From positions 320,001 to 384,000 of the forward strand of contig CAXXVO010000007.1 in NCBI GenBank assembly GCA_963422645.2: a stretch of 64,000 nucleotides of DNA, in the 5' to 3' direction. The stretch's first letter is position 1, and each line of letters starts with the position of its first letter. The position numbers and the translations under genes were made by a program. Shown here one piece after another: positions 47,016-56,005 of this stretch. The notes beneath the pieces are model-generated. The model searched no databases. It was not told the origin of the DNA and saw nothing but the letters and a program-made list of their open reading frames with translations. Source of the stretch: Alphaproteobacteria bacterium. Its GTDB lineage: Bacteria; Pseudomonadota; Alphaproteobacteria; UBA828.

Positions 47016-48410
47016 CTACGCCAGGGGCGGCTTTCGTTCGGCCCAGGGTGCCGCCTCCTCGAACGCGGCGGCGGCACGCAGAATATCCACCTCGCGGTTG
47101 ATCCCCGCAACCATCTGCAAGCCGACCGGGAGCCCTTCGGCAGTGAAGCCCGCCGGGATCGAGGCCGCCGGCTGGCCGGTCAGGTTGAAGGGATAGGTGT
47201 AGTAGACCCAGGAGACGATGTTGCGAGCCCCGAGCCCCGGCGGCGTGTCGTGACCCACGTCGAAGGCGGCGCAGGGCAGCGTCGGCGAGAGCAGCAGGTC
47301 GTAGCGCTCGAAGAGCTGACGCATCTTCTCGCGAAACTCGTAGCGCGCGAAGACCTGGGTGAAGAACTCCACCATCGAGCGGTCGAGCCCGCCGCTGAGC
47401 GTCGTGACCACGGCAGGGTCCAGCTCCTCCGGCCGCTCCGTCATCAGGCCCTTCAGCTTGGTGCCGATGCCGCCGTAGAACTCCGCCATCCAGGTCTCGA
47501 CCGGGTCTTCGCCGAGCGCGTCTTCGACCAGCTCGACCTCGCACCCCAGCGCCTCGAAGCGCCGGGCCGCGGCCTCGCAGAGCGCGACGATCTCGGGCTC
47601 AGGGTCCGCGTAGCCCAAGGTCGGGCTCCAGGCGATGCGCAGGCCTTTGGCGCCCGCATCGCAGGCGGCGAGGAAGTCGGGCACGGGCTCGGCGACGCCG
47701 AAGGCATCGCGGCGGTCGTGGCCGGCCATGACGCCGAGCAGCAGCGCGGCATCCCGTACCGAGCGCGCGATCGCGCCCACGTGGGCGAGCGTCGGCGCGG
47801 CGGAGACCGGAAACACCGGCACCCGCGCGAACTGCGCCTTGATGCCGAAGAGCCCGCAGAGCGCAGAGGGAATGCGTACGGAGCCGCCGCCATCGGTGCA
47901 GACCGCAAAGGGAGTGAGCCCGGCGGCGACGCTCGCGGCACCGCCCCCGCTGGAGCCGCCGGGCGTCTTCGCCAGGTTCCACGGGTTGCGCGTGATCCCC
48001 GTGAGCGGGCTGTCGCAGACCGCCTTGCAGCCGAACTCGCTGGTGGTGGACTTGCCGACGATGCAGCCGCCGGCCGCCCTCACCCGCTCCACCGCGGGCG
48101 CGTCGAAATCCACCATGTTGTCCGCAAAGGGCCGGGAGCCGAAGGTCCAAGGCACGCCCGCCATCGCCACCAGGTCCTTGACCGAGACCGGGAGGCCCGC
48201 GATCGCGCCCGCCTCACCTGCGGCGATGGCGCGCCCCTGCGCACTCGCTGCCTCCAGCGCCACTTCCGGCGTGCGGGTGACGAAGGCGTTGATCCTGGGC
48301 TCCAATGCCTCCTGCCGGACGAGCGTGTCCTCGACCAGCTCGACCGGCGAGATGTCGCGCGCCGCCAGCAGGCCCTTGAGTTCGATCGCCGTCTTGTACG
48401 CAAAGCTCAT
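47016..48410 (-). CDS. Amidase signature family protein
   Basis: SVKDL, PGGSSGG and TDGGGSVRIP (Lys-Ser-Ser triad). Confidence 0.94.
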   Translation of the reverse strand: MSFAYKTAIELKGLLAARDISPVELVEDTLVRQEALEPRINAFVTRTPEVALEAASAQGRAIAAGEAGAIAGLPVSVKDLVAMAGVPWTFGSRPFADNMVDFDAPAVERVRAAGGCIVGKSTTSEFGCKAVCDSPLTGITRNPWNLAKTPGGSSGGGAASVAAGLTPFAVCTDGGGSVRIPSALCGLFGIKAQFARVPVFPVSAAPTLAHVGAIARSVRDAALLLGVMAGHDRRDAFGVAEPVPDFLAACDAGAKGLRIAWSPTLGYADPEPEIVALCEAAARRFEALGCEVELVEDALGEDPVETWMAEFYGGIGTKLKGLMTERPEELDPAVVTTLSGGLDRSMVEFFTQVFARYEFREKMRQLFERYDLLLSPTLPCAAFDVGHDTPPGLGARNIVSWVYYTYPFNLTGQPAASIPAGFTAEGLPVGLQMVAGINREVDILRAAAAFEEAAPWAERKPPLA

Positions 48411-48436
48411 GGCTGGCTCCCGCTCGATTGACGCGT

Positions 48437-49525
48437 TCAGATGGCGCCGAGGCCGCGGTCGAGCGTGGTCTCCCGCTTCGCCACGCAGGCCGCGAAGCGC
48501 GCCTCCATCGACGCCCTGTCGAGGCCGCGCCCGATCACCACGATCCGCGTCGCCACCTCGCCGCGCGGCCAGGCCTCGGCGTAGGTCGGCGGGCTGAAGG
48601 TGGCCTCCACGCCCTGGATGATGACCGGCTTTTCGACATTCTGGAAATGCACCATGCCCTTCACGCGGAAGAGGTCCTCGCCCTTCTCCTCCGTGAGATC
48701 CAGGAAGAAGCGGAGCAGGGCATTCCACTCCAGCGGCTCGCGGGTTTGCAGGCAGACCGCGCCGACGCCCGGCGTGTGGACATGATCCTCGTGGGCGTGC
48801 TCATCGGCCCCTTGTTCGGCGGCGTCCGGCCGGTCGGCGCCGATCCAGGCGCCCACCATGTCGTCGCGCCGCTTGGGCTCGAACAGGTCGAGGTCGAGCA
48901 GCCGGTCAACCGGCAGCGCGCCGTGTTCGGTCACCTCCTTGACCGAGAAGGGGCTGAGCTGCTCGACCGCCGCCACGGCATCCGTGAACTCGTCGTCGTC
49001 CACCAGGTCGCGCTTGTTGAAGATCAGCTTGTCGGCGATGGCGATCTGCTTCTGCGCCTCCGGCGAGCGCTCGATCTGGCCCGTCACGTGCTTCAGGTCC
49101 ACCACCGTCAACACTGCATCGAGGCGGAAGGTGAGGTCGAGCTTCATGTCGGTATAGAAGAGCCGGGCCAGCGGCGAGGGGTCTGCGATCCCCGTGGTCT
49201 CGATCACGATCTTGTCGAAGTCCACCCGGGGCTCGGCGAGGCCGATCTTGCGCAGGTAGAGCCGGTTGAGCCCGTCCATCAGGTCGCCCTGCGCGGCGCA
49301 GCAGATGCAGCCGTTGGTGAGCTCCAGCATGTCCTCGTTGGCGCGGGCGATGAGGTCGCCGTCGATACCGATTTCGCCGAACTCGTTGACGATGACCGCG
49401 ATCCTGCCGGCGTCGGGCGCACTCAGCAGGCGGTTGACCAGCGTGGTCTTGCCGGCGCCGAGGAAGCCCGTGAGCAGGGTGATGGGGATGCGCTCGTCGA
49501 CCAAGCGGTCGTCAATGCGGGTCAC
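48437..49525 (-). CDS. CobW/COG0523 family metallochaperone GTPase
   Basis: TGFLGAGKTT, VNEFG, GCICC, IETTGIADP, NKRD and a short His-rich insert. Confidence 0.93.
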   Translation of the reverse strand: MTRIDDRLVDERIPITLLTGFLGAGKTTLVNRLLSAPDAGRIAVIVNEFGEIGIDGDLIARANEDMLELTNGCICCAAQGDLMDGLNRLYLRKIGLAEPRVDFDKIVIETTGIADPSPLARLFYTDMKLDLTFRLDAVLTVVDLKHVTGQIERSPEAQKQIAIADKLIFNKRDLVDDDEFTDAVAAVEQLSPFSVKEVTEHGALPVDRLLDLDLFEPKRRDDMVGAWIGADRPDAAEQGADEHAHEDHVHTPGVGAVCLQTREPLEWNALLRFFLDLTEEKGEDLFRVKGMVHFQNVEKPVIIQGVEATFSPPTYAEAWPRGEVATRIVVIGRGLDRASMEARFAACVAKRETTLDRGLGAI

Positions 49526-49563
49526 CGGCGTCTCACCCGGCCTCAAGCACGGGCGCTGGCAAC

Positions 49564-50268
49564 CTAGTCGTCGATGATCGCCCAGGCGCGGACCGGCGCG
49601 CCGCTGCCGTTGCCGAGCTTGATCGGCGGCCCGTAGAACATGAACTCGCCCTTGCCGATCAGCTCCTCGAGGTTGATCAGCCACTCGTAGTGGGCGATGC
49701 CGCGGTCGCGGCAGACCCGGTGGTTGGGGAAGAGGTTATCCGACGGCTTGTCGGTGGACGGGCCTTCGACGCCGTGCAGCCTGGAGCCGCGATCCGCGAG
49801 CCAGTGGGTCGCGGCGGCGGTGATACCGGGGTTGCTCCATACCGATTTCACGTCGGGGTAGTGGCGGTTGTGGAGGCCCGTGTTGAGCAGCACGATGTGG
49901 CCGTCCACCTTGACGCCGCCTTTCTCCTCCGCCTCCTCGAAATCGGCCACGTCGATGTCGCCGAGGTCGGGGATATGGGTCAGGTCCCAGCAGACCGACT
50001 TGCCCATGAACATGTCGAGCGGCATCTGGTCCACCGGCGCGCCCTCGGGATTGACGTGATAGAAGGCGTCCACGTGGGTGCCGATATGGTCGATCATGCC
50101 CATGTAGGTGGTCGCGAAGGAGAGCCTGTCGCCCTCGACCCCCAGGACGAACTGCTCGCGGGTCTGCTCGTGGGTGTAGTGGGGCACGATGACGGGGCGC
50201 TGGAACAGCTTGTGCGCCGGCATGTTGTCGGTCAGCGTCAACGTCAGGTCGACCATCCGCTCAGCCAT
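49564..50268 (-). CDS. Cyclase family (kynurenine formamidase-like) metallohydrolase
   Basis: HIGTHVDA motif and GSGAPVRA C-terminus. Confidence 0.92.
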   Translation of the reverse strand: MAERMVDLTLTLTDNMPAHKLFQRPVIVPHYTHEQTREQFVLGVEGDRLSFATTYMGMIDHIGTHVDAFYHVNPEGAPVDQMPLDMFMGKSVCWDLTHIPDLGDIDVADFEEAEEKGGVKVDGHIVLLNTGLHNRHYPDVKSVWSNPGITAAATHWLADRGSRLHGVEGPSTDKPSDNLFPNHRVCRDRGIAHYEWLINLEELIGKGEFMFYGPPIKLGNGSGAPVRAWAIIDD

Positions 50269-50410
50269 CCCCGGATCCCCCTCTCGTTCCGCGCTTCCGC
50301 CAGCTTATCAGCGGCGCCGTGTGCGCGCCACATCGCCTCCCGCATCGCGCCTTGTATTTGGCGCGGGCCCGGCTACCCTCGCCATCGGTCGCAGCCGAAG
50401 GGAGCACGTG

Positions 50411-51409
50411 ATGTACAGGACCAGCGACGGGGAGGAGCTGTTCATCGTCGACGGGCACACCCACTTCTGGGATGCCGCGCCGGCCAACCAGCGCAACGTC
50501 CACGGCAAGCAGTTCATCGACTGCTTCTACGCCTACCACAGCGCGCTCAGCCCCGAGCAGGAGGTCTGGCCCAAGGAGAAGTTCGAGAAGTACGACGCGG
50601 AGACGATGGTCCACGACCTCTTCGTCGACGGGCCGGTGGACATGGCGATCATCCAGCCCACCTACCTCAAGGAGTTCTACATCGAGGGCTTCAACACCAC
50701 CGAGCAGAACGCCGTCATCACTGAAGCGCATCCGGACCGCTTCATCCTGAACGGCTCCTTCGATCCGCGCGAGGGCACGGCAGCGCTGGAGCATCTTCAC
50801 GCGCTGAAGGAGGCCTACGGCATCAGGGGCGTGAAGCTCTACACGGCGGAATGGCGCGGCGCATCGCGCGGCTGGCGGCTGAACGACGCCGAGGCCTATC
50901 GCTGCTTCGAGCTCTGCGAGAAGCTCGGCATCACCAACATACACGTCCACAAGGGGCCGACCATCACACCGCTGGCCAAGGACGCCTTCGACTGCCACGA
51001 CGTCGACTACGCCGCGACCGACTTCCCCAATCTCAATTTCATCGTCGAGCATGTCGGCCTGCCGCGCCTCGACGACTTCTGCTGGATCGCCGTACAGGAG
51101 GCGAACGTCTGGGGCGGGCTTGCCGTGGTGATGCCCTTCATGCACGCGCGCCCGCGCTACTTCGCCGAGGTGATCGCGGAGCTCCTCTTCTGGGTCGGCG
51201 AGGACAAGCTCACCTTCGCGAGCGACTACGCCATCTGGACGCCCAAGTGGCTGGTGGAGAAGTTCTGGGCCTTCGAGCTGCCCGATGACATCAAGCAGGA
51301 GCGCGGCGTCGACCTCACGCCCGAGGTGAAGCGGAAGATCCTGGGCCTCAACGCAGCCCGGCTCTACGACATCGACATCGACGCGGCCAAGGCGAAGCTC
51401 TGGAGCTAG
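50411..51409 (+). CDS. Amidohydrolase family protein (type found in prm monooxygenase clusters)
   Basis: VDGHTHFWD, GVKLYTAEW, HVHKGP, VEHVGLPR and FASDY. Confidence 0.88.
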   Translation: MYRTSDGEELFIVDGHTHFWDAAPANQRNVHGKQFIDCFYAYHSALSPEQEVWPKEKFEKYDAETMVHDLFVDGPVDMAIIQPTYLKEFYIEGFNTTEQNAVITEAHPDRFILNGSFDPREGTAALEHLHALKEAYGIRGVKLYTAEWRGASRGWRLNDAEAYRCFELCEKLGITNIHVHKGPTITPLAKDAFDCHDVDYAATDFPNLNFIVEHVGLPRLDDFCWIAVQEANVWGGLAVVMPFMHARPRYFAEVIAELLFWVGEDKLTFASDYAIWTPKWLVEKFWAFELPDDIKQERGVDLTPEVKRKILGLNAARLYDIDIDAAKAKLWS

Positions 51410-51431
51410 GGCTGCGCGGCGGACGCGGACC

Positions 51432-52169
51432 ATGAGTGCGCACGAGGGTGCGGGCGAGGCCGGCCGCGAGGCCGAGGTGCTGGCGTGCCTGGCTGCCGTC
51501 ACCGACCCCGAGCTCGACCAGCCGGTGACCGACTTGAGTTTCGTAGAAGAAGTGACGGTCGGCACGGACGGCACAGTCTCCATCGACTTTCGCCTGCCGA
51601 CCTTCTGGTGCGCCGCGAACTTCGCCTACATGATGGCCGAGGACATGCGCGACGCCGTCGCCGCGCTGCCCTGGGTGGCGCGCGTGGTCCCGCGCCTGCA
51701 GGAGCACATGTGCGCAGACGAGGTCAATCGGGGGGTCGCCGAGGGTCTGGACTTCGGCGCTGCCTTCGGCGAGGCGGGTGACGACGATTCCCTCGCAAGC
51801 CTGCGCACGACCTTTCGGCGCAAGGCGTTTCAGGGGCGGCAGGAGGCCCTTCTGCGCGTCCTGTTGAAGCAGGGCTTCGGCAAGGACGCTCTGGTGGCGA
51901 CGACCGTTGAAGCGCTGGAGCGCACCGTCGTCGCCGGGGCCGAGAGTGCCGGCTTGCAACGCCGCTATCTGGAGATCAGGTCCCGCGTCGGCGGCCCGGC
52001 GGACGCGGACGCGTTGGCCTTCGTCACGGTAGAGGGGGCGCCGCTCACCGAAGCGGGCTTCGACGAGCATCTGCGGACGCTCGCGAGCGTCCGCATCGCA
52101 ATGGAATTCAACGGCGCGCTCTGCCGCGGCCTGCTCGCCGCCCGCGACCGCGCCTCAGGCGCTCCATAA
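51432..52169 (+). CDS. DUF59/iron-sulfur cluster assembly domain protein
   Basis: VTDPELDQPVTDLSFV, RLPTFWCAANF and NGALCRGLL. Confidence 0.85.
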   Translation: MSAHEGAGEAGREAEVLACLAAVTDPELDQPVTDLSFVEEVTVGTDGTVSIDFRLPTFWCAANFAYMMAEDMRDAVAALPWVARVVPRLQEHMCADEVNRGVAEGLDFGAAFGEAGDDDSLASLRTTFRRKAFQGRQEALLRVLLKQGFGKDALVATTVEALERTVVAGAESAGLQRRYLEIRSRVGGPADADALAFVTVEGAPLTEAGFDEHLRTLASVRIAMEFNGALCRGLLAARDRASGAP

Positions 52170-52267
52170 TCTAAGAACCTCGCACGCCAGTGTAGAGGCG
52201 CTGGACAAGGACGCAGTCTTGGTGGCGAGTCGAGGTGCGTCGGTAGCGCGAGGCTGGCCAGCAGACT

Positions 52268-52942
52268 ATGGACAAACTTTTCAAGTACGATCTTCTGCGC
52301 CGTCTACCCGGTTCAATCGGAGCCCGCTATCAATCGAAGTACGCACGATACCATGCGCGGACGAGGGGATTTCCGGAGGCTTTACGCCATTCCCGAGGCA
52401 TGATCTGTATCGATTTAGGTGCAAATGTGGGTGATTACACCAGAATGATGGCGTCGGTTGCCAAACGGGTCATCGCCTTCGAACCTGACCCGTGGACTCT
52501 CGAGGTTCTGCAAGCCAACGTCGCCGATCTCGAAAATGTTAGCATTGAGAACGTGGCAGCAGGCACGCGCGAAGGAAGGGTGATGCTCTATCGTCACGTC
52601 CAGTTCGAGGACAATCCCATTTTGTATTCGGAATCGAGTTCTCTTATCACCAACAAGATCAATGTTTCCGAAGAAGGAGCTGTCGAAGTTCGCCAGATTG
52701 ACTTCATCGGCTATCTCGAGCGCCTCAACGAAGACATCGGCGTAATAAAAGTTGACATCGAGGGCGCAGAAGTCGATTTGCTCGAGGCCTTACTTGATCG
52801 GCCTGACATCATGAAACGCATTGACTATATCTTCGTGGAAACCCATGAGTCGCGAATTCCAGATCATGAGCTTCGCGTGAAATTGCTTCAGGACAGGGTG
52901 CAGGAAATACAACGGCCAAGAATCAACCTGCATTGGTCATGA
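52268..52942 (+). CDS. FkbM family methyltransferase
   Basis: IDLGANVG, AFEPDP and IKVDIEGAE. Lower GC than the flanks. Confidence 0.9.
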   Translation: MDKLFKYDLLRRLPGSIGARYQSKYARYHARTRGFPEALRHSRGMICIDLGANVGDYTRMMASVAKRVIAFEPDPWTLEVLQANVADLENVSIENVAAGTREGRVMLYRHVQFEDNPILYSESSSLITNKINVSEEGAVEVRQIDFIGYLERLNEDIGVIKVDIEGAEVDLLEALLDRPDIMKRIDYIFVETHESRIPDHELRVKLLQDRVQEIQRPRINLHWS

Positions 52943-53025
52943 CGAGAAGAGCAAACCGAACAAATTAACTTTGTACCCGCGTCTGAGGCGCTAATAAATT
53001 GCAAATATTATCCTAACAAGATTGC

Positions 53026-53736
53026 TCACTCGCCGTCTATTCCATGCGGGAGGTTTGGTGACGCATCGGCTCGGGTGAGCACGAATATCCAAGCCTTCAG
53101 TCCATTATTGTCCTTTGCCTCTACTTCAAGGAGGTCGGTTAGATTATAGCTCCCTCGGCCCCAGGTGAAGAAAAGGTAGGGCATCGCCATAGGGTGGGCG
53201 CCGAACGGATCCATTTCGTTCGCGGCTCTGGCGGAATGCGCCATCGTATGTTCGATGTAAATCCGACCTCGCTGAGTAATCTGTTTGGCCCATGCGTTCA
53301 GCGCGCGAGCAGGCTCCATCGCCTGATCAAGTGAATTCGTATAAACAAAGTCAAACCGCCCAAGCCAATCGGGATTGTCTTCATGAAAATCCCAAATTCG
53401 CATATGCGAAAACTCGCTCGCGGTTTCGGATATGTCGGTGCCGATAATGTCACCGCCGAGTTGCTCTCGAAGCCAAGTGACTTCGAAACCGTTGCGAGCG
53501 CCGTGACAAATACCTGTGGCGCCTAGTCCATGAAGCCTTAGGTCTTCCACGATTCTGGAAAGCGTAACCTCATCGGCCCAGACATTATTCAGCTTGCGCT
53601 TGTTGTGCTTGACTTGGGTGTCGCGATATTCCGCGTAGCCACCGGTGTAATGATGCTGGTAAATAAATTCCGCGTGGTGCTTCTTGATAACTCTAAGGCC
53701 GAATGGGCGAACTATCTGATCCAGGAGCCATCGCAT
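53026..53736 (-). CDS. Hypothetical protein, class I SAM-methyltransferase-like
   Basis: ICHGARNG, IGTDIS and FDFVYTNSLD. Lower GC. Confidence 0.65.
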   Translation of the reverse strand: MRWLLDQIVRPFGLRVIKKHHAEFIYQHHYTGGYAEYRDTQVKHNKRKLNNVWADEVTLSRIVEDLRLHGLGATGICHGARNGFEVTWLREQLGGDIIGTDISETASEFSHMRIWDFHEDNPDWLGRFDFVYTNSLDQAMEPARALNAWAKQITQRGRIYIEHTMAHSARAANEMDPFGAHPMAMPYLFFTWGRGSYNLTDLLEVEAKDNNGLKAWIFVLTRADASPNLPHGIDGE

Positions 53737-53802
53737 AGCTCGAAATCGTCAGTCAGACAGCGAGAGGGGCAAACAAGCGCACTCGCCAGAGAAAGGCGAC
53801 CG

Positions 53803-55128
53803 TCAGGCCTGATCGAGGGCCTGGTCGAGGTCGGCGATGATGTCGTCGATGCTCTCGATGCCGACCGAGAGCCGCACCACGTCCGGACCGGCGCCGGAAT
53901 TGGTCTTCTGCTCGTCGGTGAGCTGGCGGTGGGTGGTGGACGCCGGGTGAATGATCAGGCTCCGCGTGTCGCCGATGTTGGCGAGGTGGGAGAACATGTT
54001 GACCGTGTCGACCACCTTGAGGCCGGCCTCGTAGCCACCCTTGACGCCGAAGGTGAAGACCGCGCCCGCGCCGCGCGGCAGGTACCTCTGGGCAAGTTCG
54101 TAATAGGGGTTCGATTCCAGCCCAGCGTAGGAGACCCAGGAGACCTTGGGGTGGTCCTCCAGATAGCGGGCCACCGCCAGTGCGTTGGAGCAATGACGCT
54201 CCATGCGGAGCGGCAGCGTCTCCACCCCTGCCAGCAGGTTCCAGGCCGCCTGCGCCGCCATGCTCGGGCCATAGTCCCGCAGCGCCACGGCGCGCACCTT
54301 CATGGTGAAGCCGAAATCGCCGAAGGTCTCGGCGAAGGTGAGGCCGTGATAGGCGGGGTCCGGCTTGGTCATGCTGGGGAACTTGTCGTTCTGCCACCAG
54401 TCGAAGCGGCCGGACTCGACGACCATGCCGCCCATGGTGTTGCCGTGGCCGCCGATGAACTTCGTGGTCGAGTGGACCACGAGGTCGGCGCCGTGCTCGA
54501 AGGGCCGGCAGAGATAGGGCGAGGCCAGCGTGTTATCCACGATGAGCGGCACGCCGTGCCGCTTCGCGACCTCGGCGATCGCCTCGAGATCGAGCACGAT
54601 GCCGCCGGGGTTGGCCAGCCCCTCGCAGAAGAGAAACTTGACCTTGTCGGTCATGGCCCGATCGATGTTCTCGGGCTCCGTCATATCGACGAAATGGCAG
54701 GTCCAGCCGAGCTTCTTGAAGCTCACGCCGAACTGGGTGACCGAGCCGCCATAGAGATTGTTCGACGAGATGAACTCGTCACCGGTCTCCAGCAGCGTCG
54801 CGCCCACCAGGAACTGCGCCGCATGGCCAGTGGCGGCCGCCACGGCGCCGCGCCCGTTCTCCAGCGCCGCGACCCGTTCCTCGAGTACGGCGACGGTGGG
54901 GTTGGTGATGCGCGAATAGATGTAGCCGAAGGTCTGCAAATTGAAGAGCTCGGCCGCATGGTCGGCATCGTCGAAAGCGTAGGCCGCGGTCTGATAGATC
55001 GGCGTCGTCCGCGCGCCGGTGACCGGGTCGGGCCGTGCGCCGGCGTGGACCGCCAGCGTCTCCATCCCGTATTCGCGTTGCGGCGCGACCTTGGCGGCCT
55101 CTGCCTTGAGGGCTTGCATCTCGTTCAT
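53803..55128 (-). CDS. metY: O-acetylhomoserine aminocarboxypropyltransferase
   Basis: TPIYQT, IYSRITNPT, VDNT, HSTTKF and HLANIGD...IHPASTTHRQL. Confidence 0.93.
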   Translation of the reverse strand: MNEMQALKAEAAKVAPQREYGMETLAVHAGARPDPVTGARTTPIYQTAAYAFDDADHAAELFNLQTFGYIYSRITNPTVAVLEERVAALENGRGAVAAATGHAAQFLVGATLLETGDEFISSNNLYGGSVTQFGVSFKKLGWTCHFVDMTEPENIDRAMTDKVKFLFCEGLANPGGIVLDLEAIAEVAKRHGVPLIVDNTLASPYLCRPFEHGADLVVHSTTKFIGGHGNTMGGMVVESGRFDWWQNDKFPSMTKPDPAYHGLTFAETFGDFGFTMKVRAVALRDYGPSMAAQAAWNLLAGVETLPLRMERHCSNALAVARYLEDHPKVSWVSYAGLESNPYYELAQRYLPRGAGAVFTFGVKGGYEAGLKVVDTVNMFSHLANIGDTRSLIIHPASTTHRQLTDEQKTNSGAGPDVVRLSVGIESIDDIIADLDQALDQA

Positions 55129-55676
55129 GCGTTGAGCGGCCTTGCCCGCTTTGCGGATACGATCCGCGAGTTGATGCCGCTCCAGCTCAGCTCGCCCGAG
55201 AGCCGGGCGAACTCGATCTTGGGGCAGCGGTTCATGATGACCGTGAGCCCGGCCTCTTCGGCGAGCTGAGCGGCATGATCGTTGCGCACCGTGAGCTGCA
55301 TCCACAGCACGTCGATACCCTTCTCGTCCTTGTTCGCGATCACGTCCTTGGTGATATCCAGCGCCTCCTCCGAGGTGCGGAAGATATCGACCATGTCGAG
55401 CTGATCGGGGCATTCCGCGAGGCTGCCGTGGACGGTCTCGCCCAGGATCGACTCTCCGGCCCGGCCCGGGTTGATGGGGATTACCCGATAACCCTTCTTG
55501 GTCAGGTATTTCATGGCGTAGAAGCTGGGCCGGCGCCACTGGGTGCTGGCGCCCACCATGGCGAAGGTCTTGACCCGGCGCAGAATGCGCCGCAGGTATT
55601 CGTCGGCGTAGCCGTCGTGCTCGGGCAGGAAGACGAGCGGATGCCCGTCCGTCGACTTGATTGCGACATCGACCAT
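55125..55676 (-). CDS. CoA-binding protein (YccU-like)
   Basis: AMVGAS, GYRVIPINP, DMVDIFR, LWMQL and MNRCPKIE. Stop overlaps the metY start. Confidence 0.92.
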   Translation of the reverse strand: MVDVAIKSTDGHPLVFLPEHDGYADEYLRRILRRVKTFAMVGASTQWRRPSFYAMKYLTKKGYRVIPINPGRAGESILGETVHGSLAECPDQLDMVDIFRTSEEALDITKDVIANKDEKGIDVLWMQLTVRNDHAAQLAEEAGLTVIMNRCPKIEFARLSGELSWSGINSRIVSAKRARPLNA

Positions 55677-55799
55677 TGTGAGGGTTCCGTGCGGCTGTCG
55701 GGGGCGCGGGAGGCGCACAAGTAGCCCCCCGGCCGCAGCCCGTCAAGGCGCGCACATGCGCCCCCCTCCTTGTATCTCGTCCACTCGCCGCCGGCGTTA

Positions 55800-55996
55800 T
55801 CCTGACAGCGTTGGACGCGGGCGGGAGACCGACCATCCTCCGCTCCCGAAGACCGTGGGTGAGCGTGGCTCCCCGTCCGCTGTTCCTGAGAACCCGAACG
55901 CTCGCCTGGTCCGCCAGGAGAGACGCTGGTCGTGCGCGAGGCGACAGGCTCTCGTCACCCATCAGCCTCCGGGATTCGGTCCCGGATGGACGACCT
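55800..55996 (+). ncRNA. Candidate structured non-coding RNA
   Basis: Nested stems ACAGCG..GGACG.GGG/CCCCGTCCGCTGT and CGGGAG/CTCCCG, plus long-range GTGGGTGA/TCACCCAT complementarity. Confidence 0.35.
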
Positions 55997-56005
55997 ATTG
56001 AGAGA

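Noticed and set aside
55680-56000. SAM riboswitch upstream of the metY operon
   Set aside because: I could not find SAM-II/SAM-alpha or SAM-SAH consensus elements on the minus strand.
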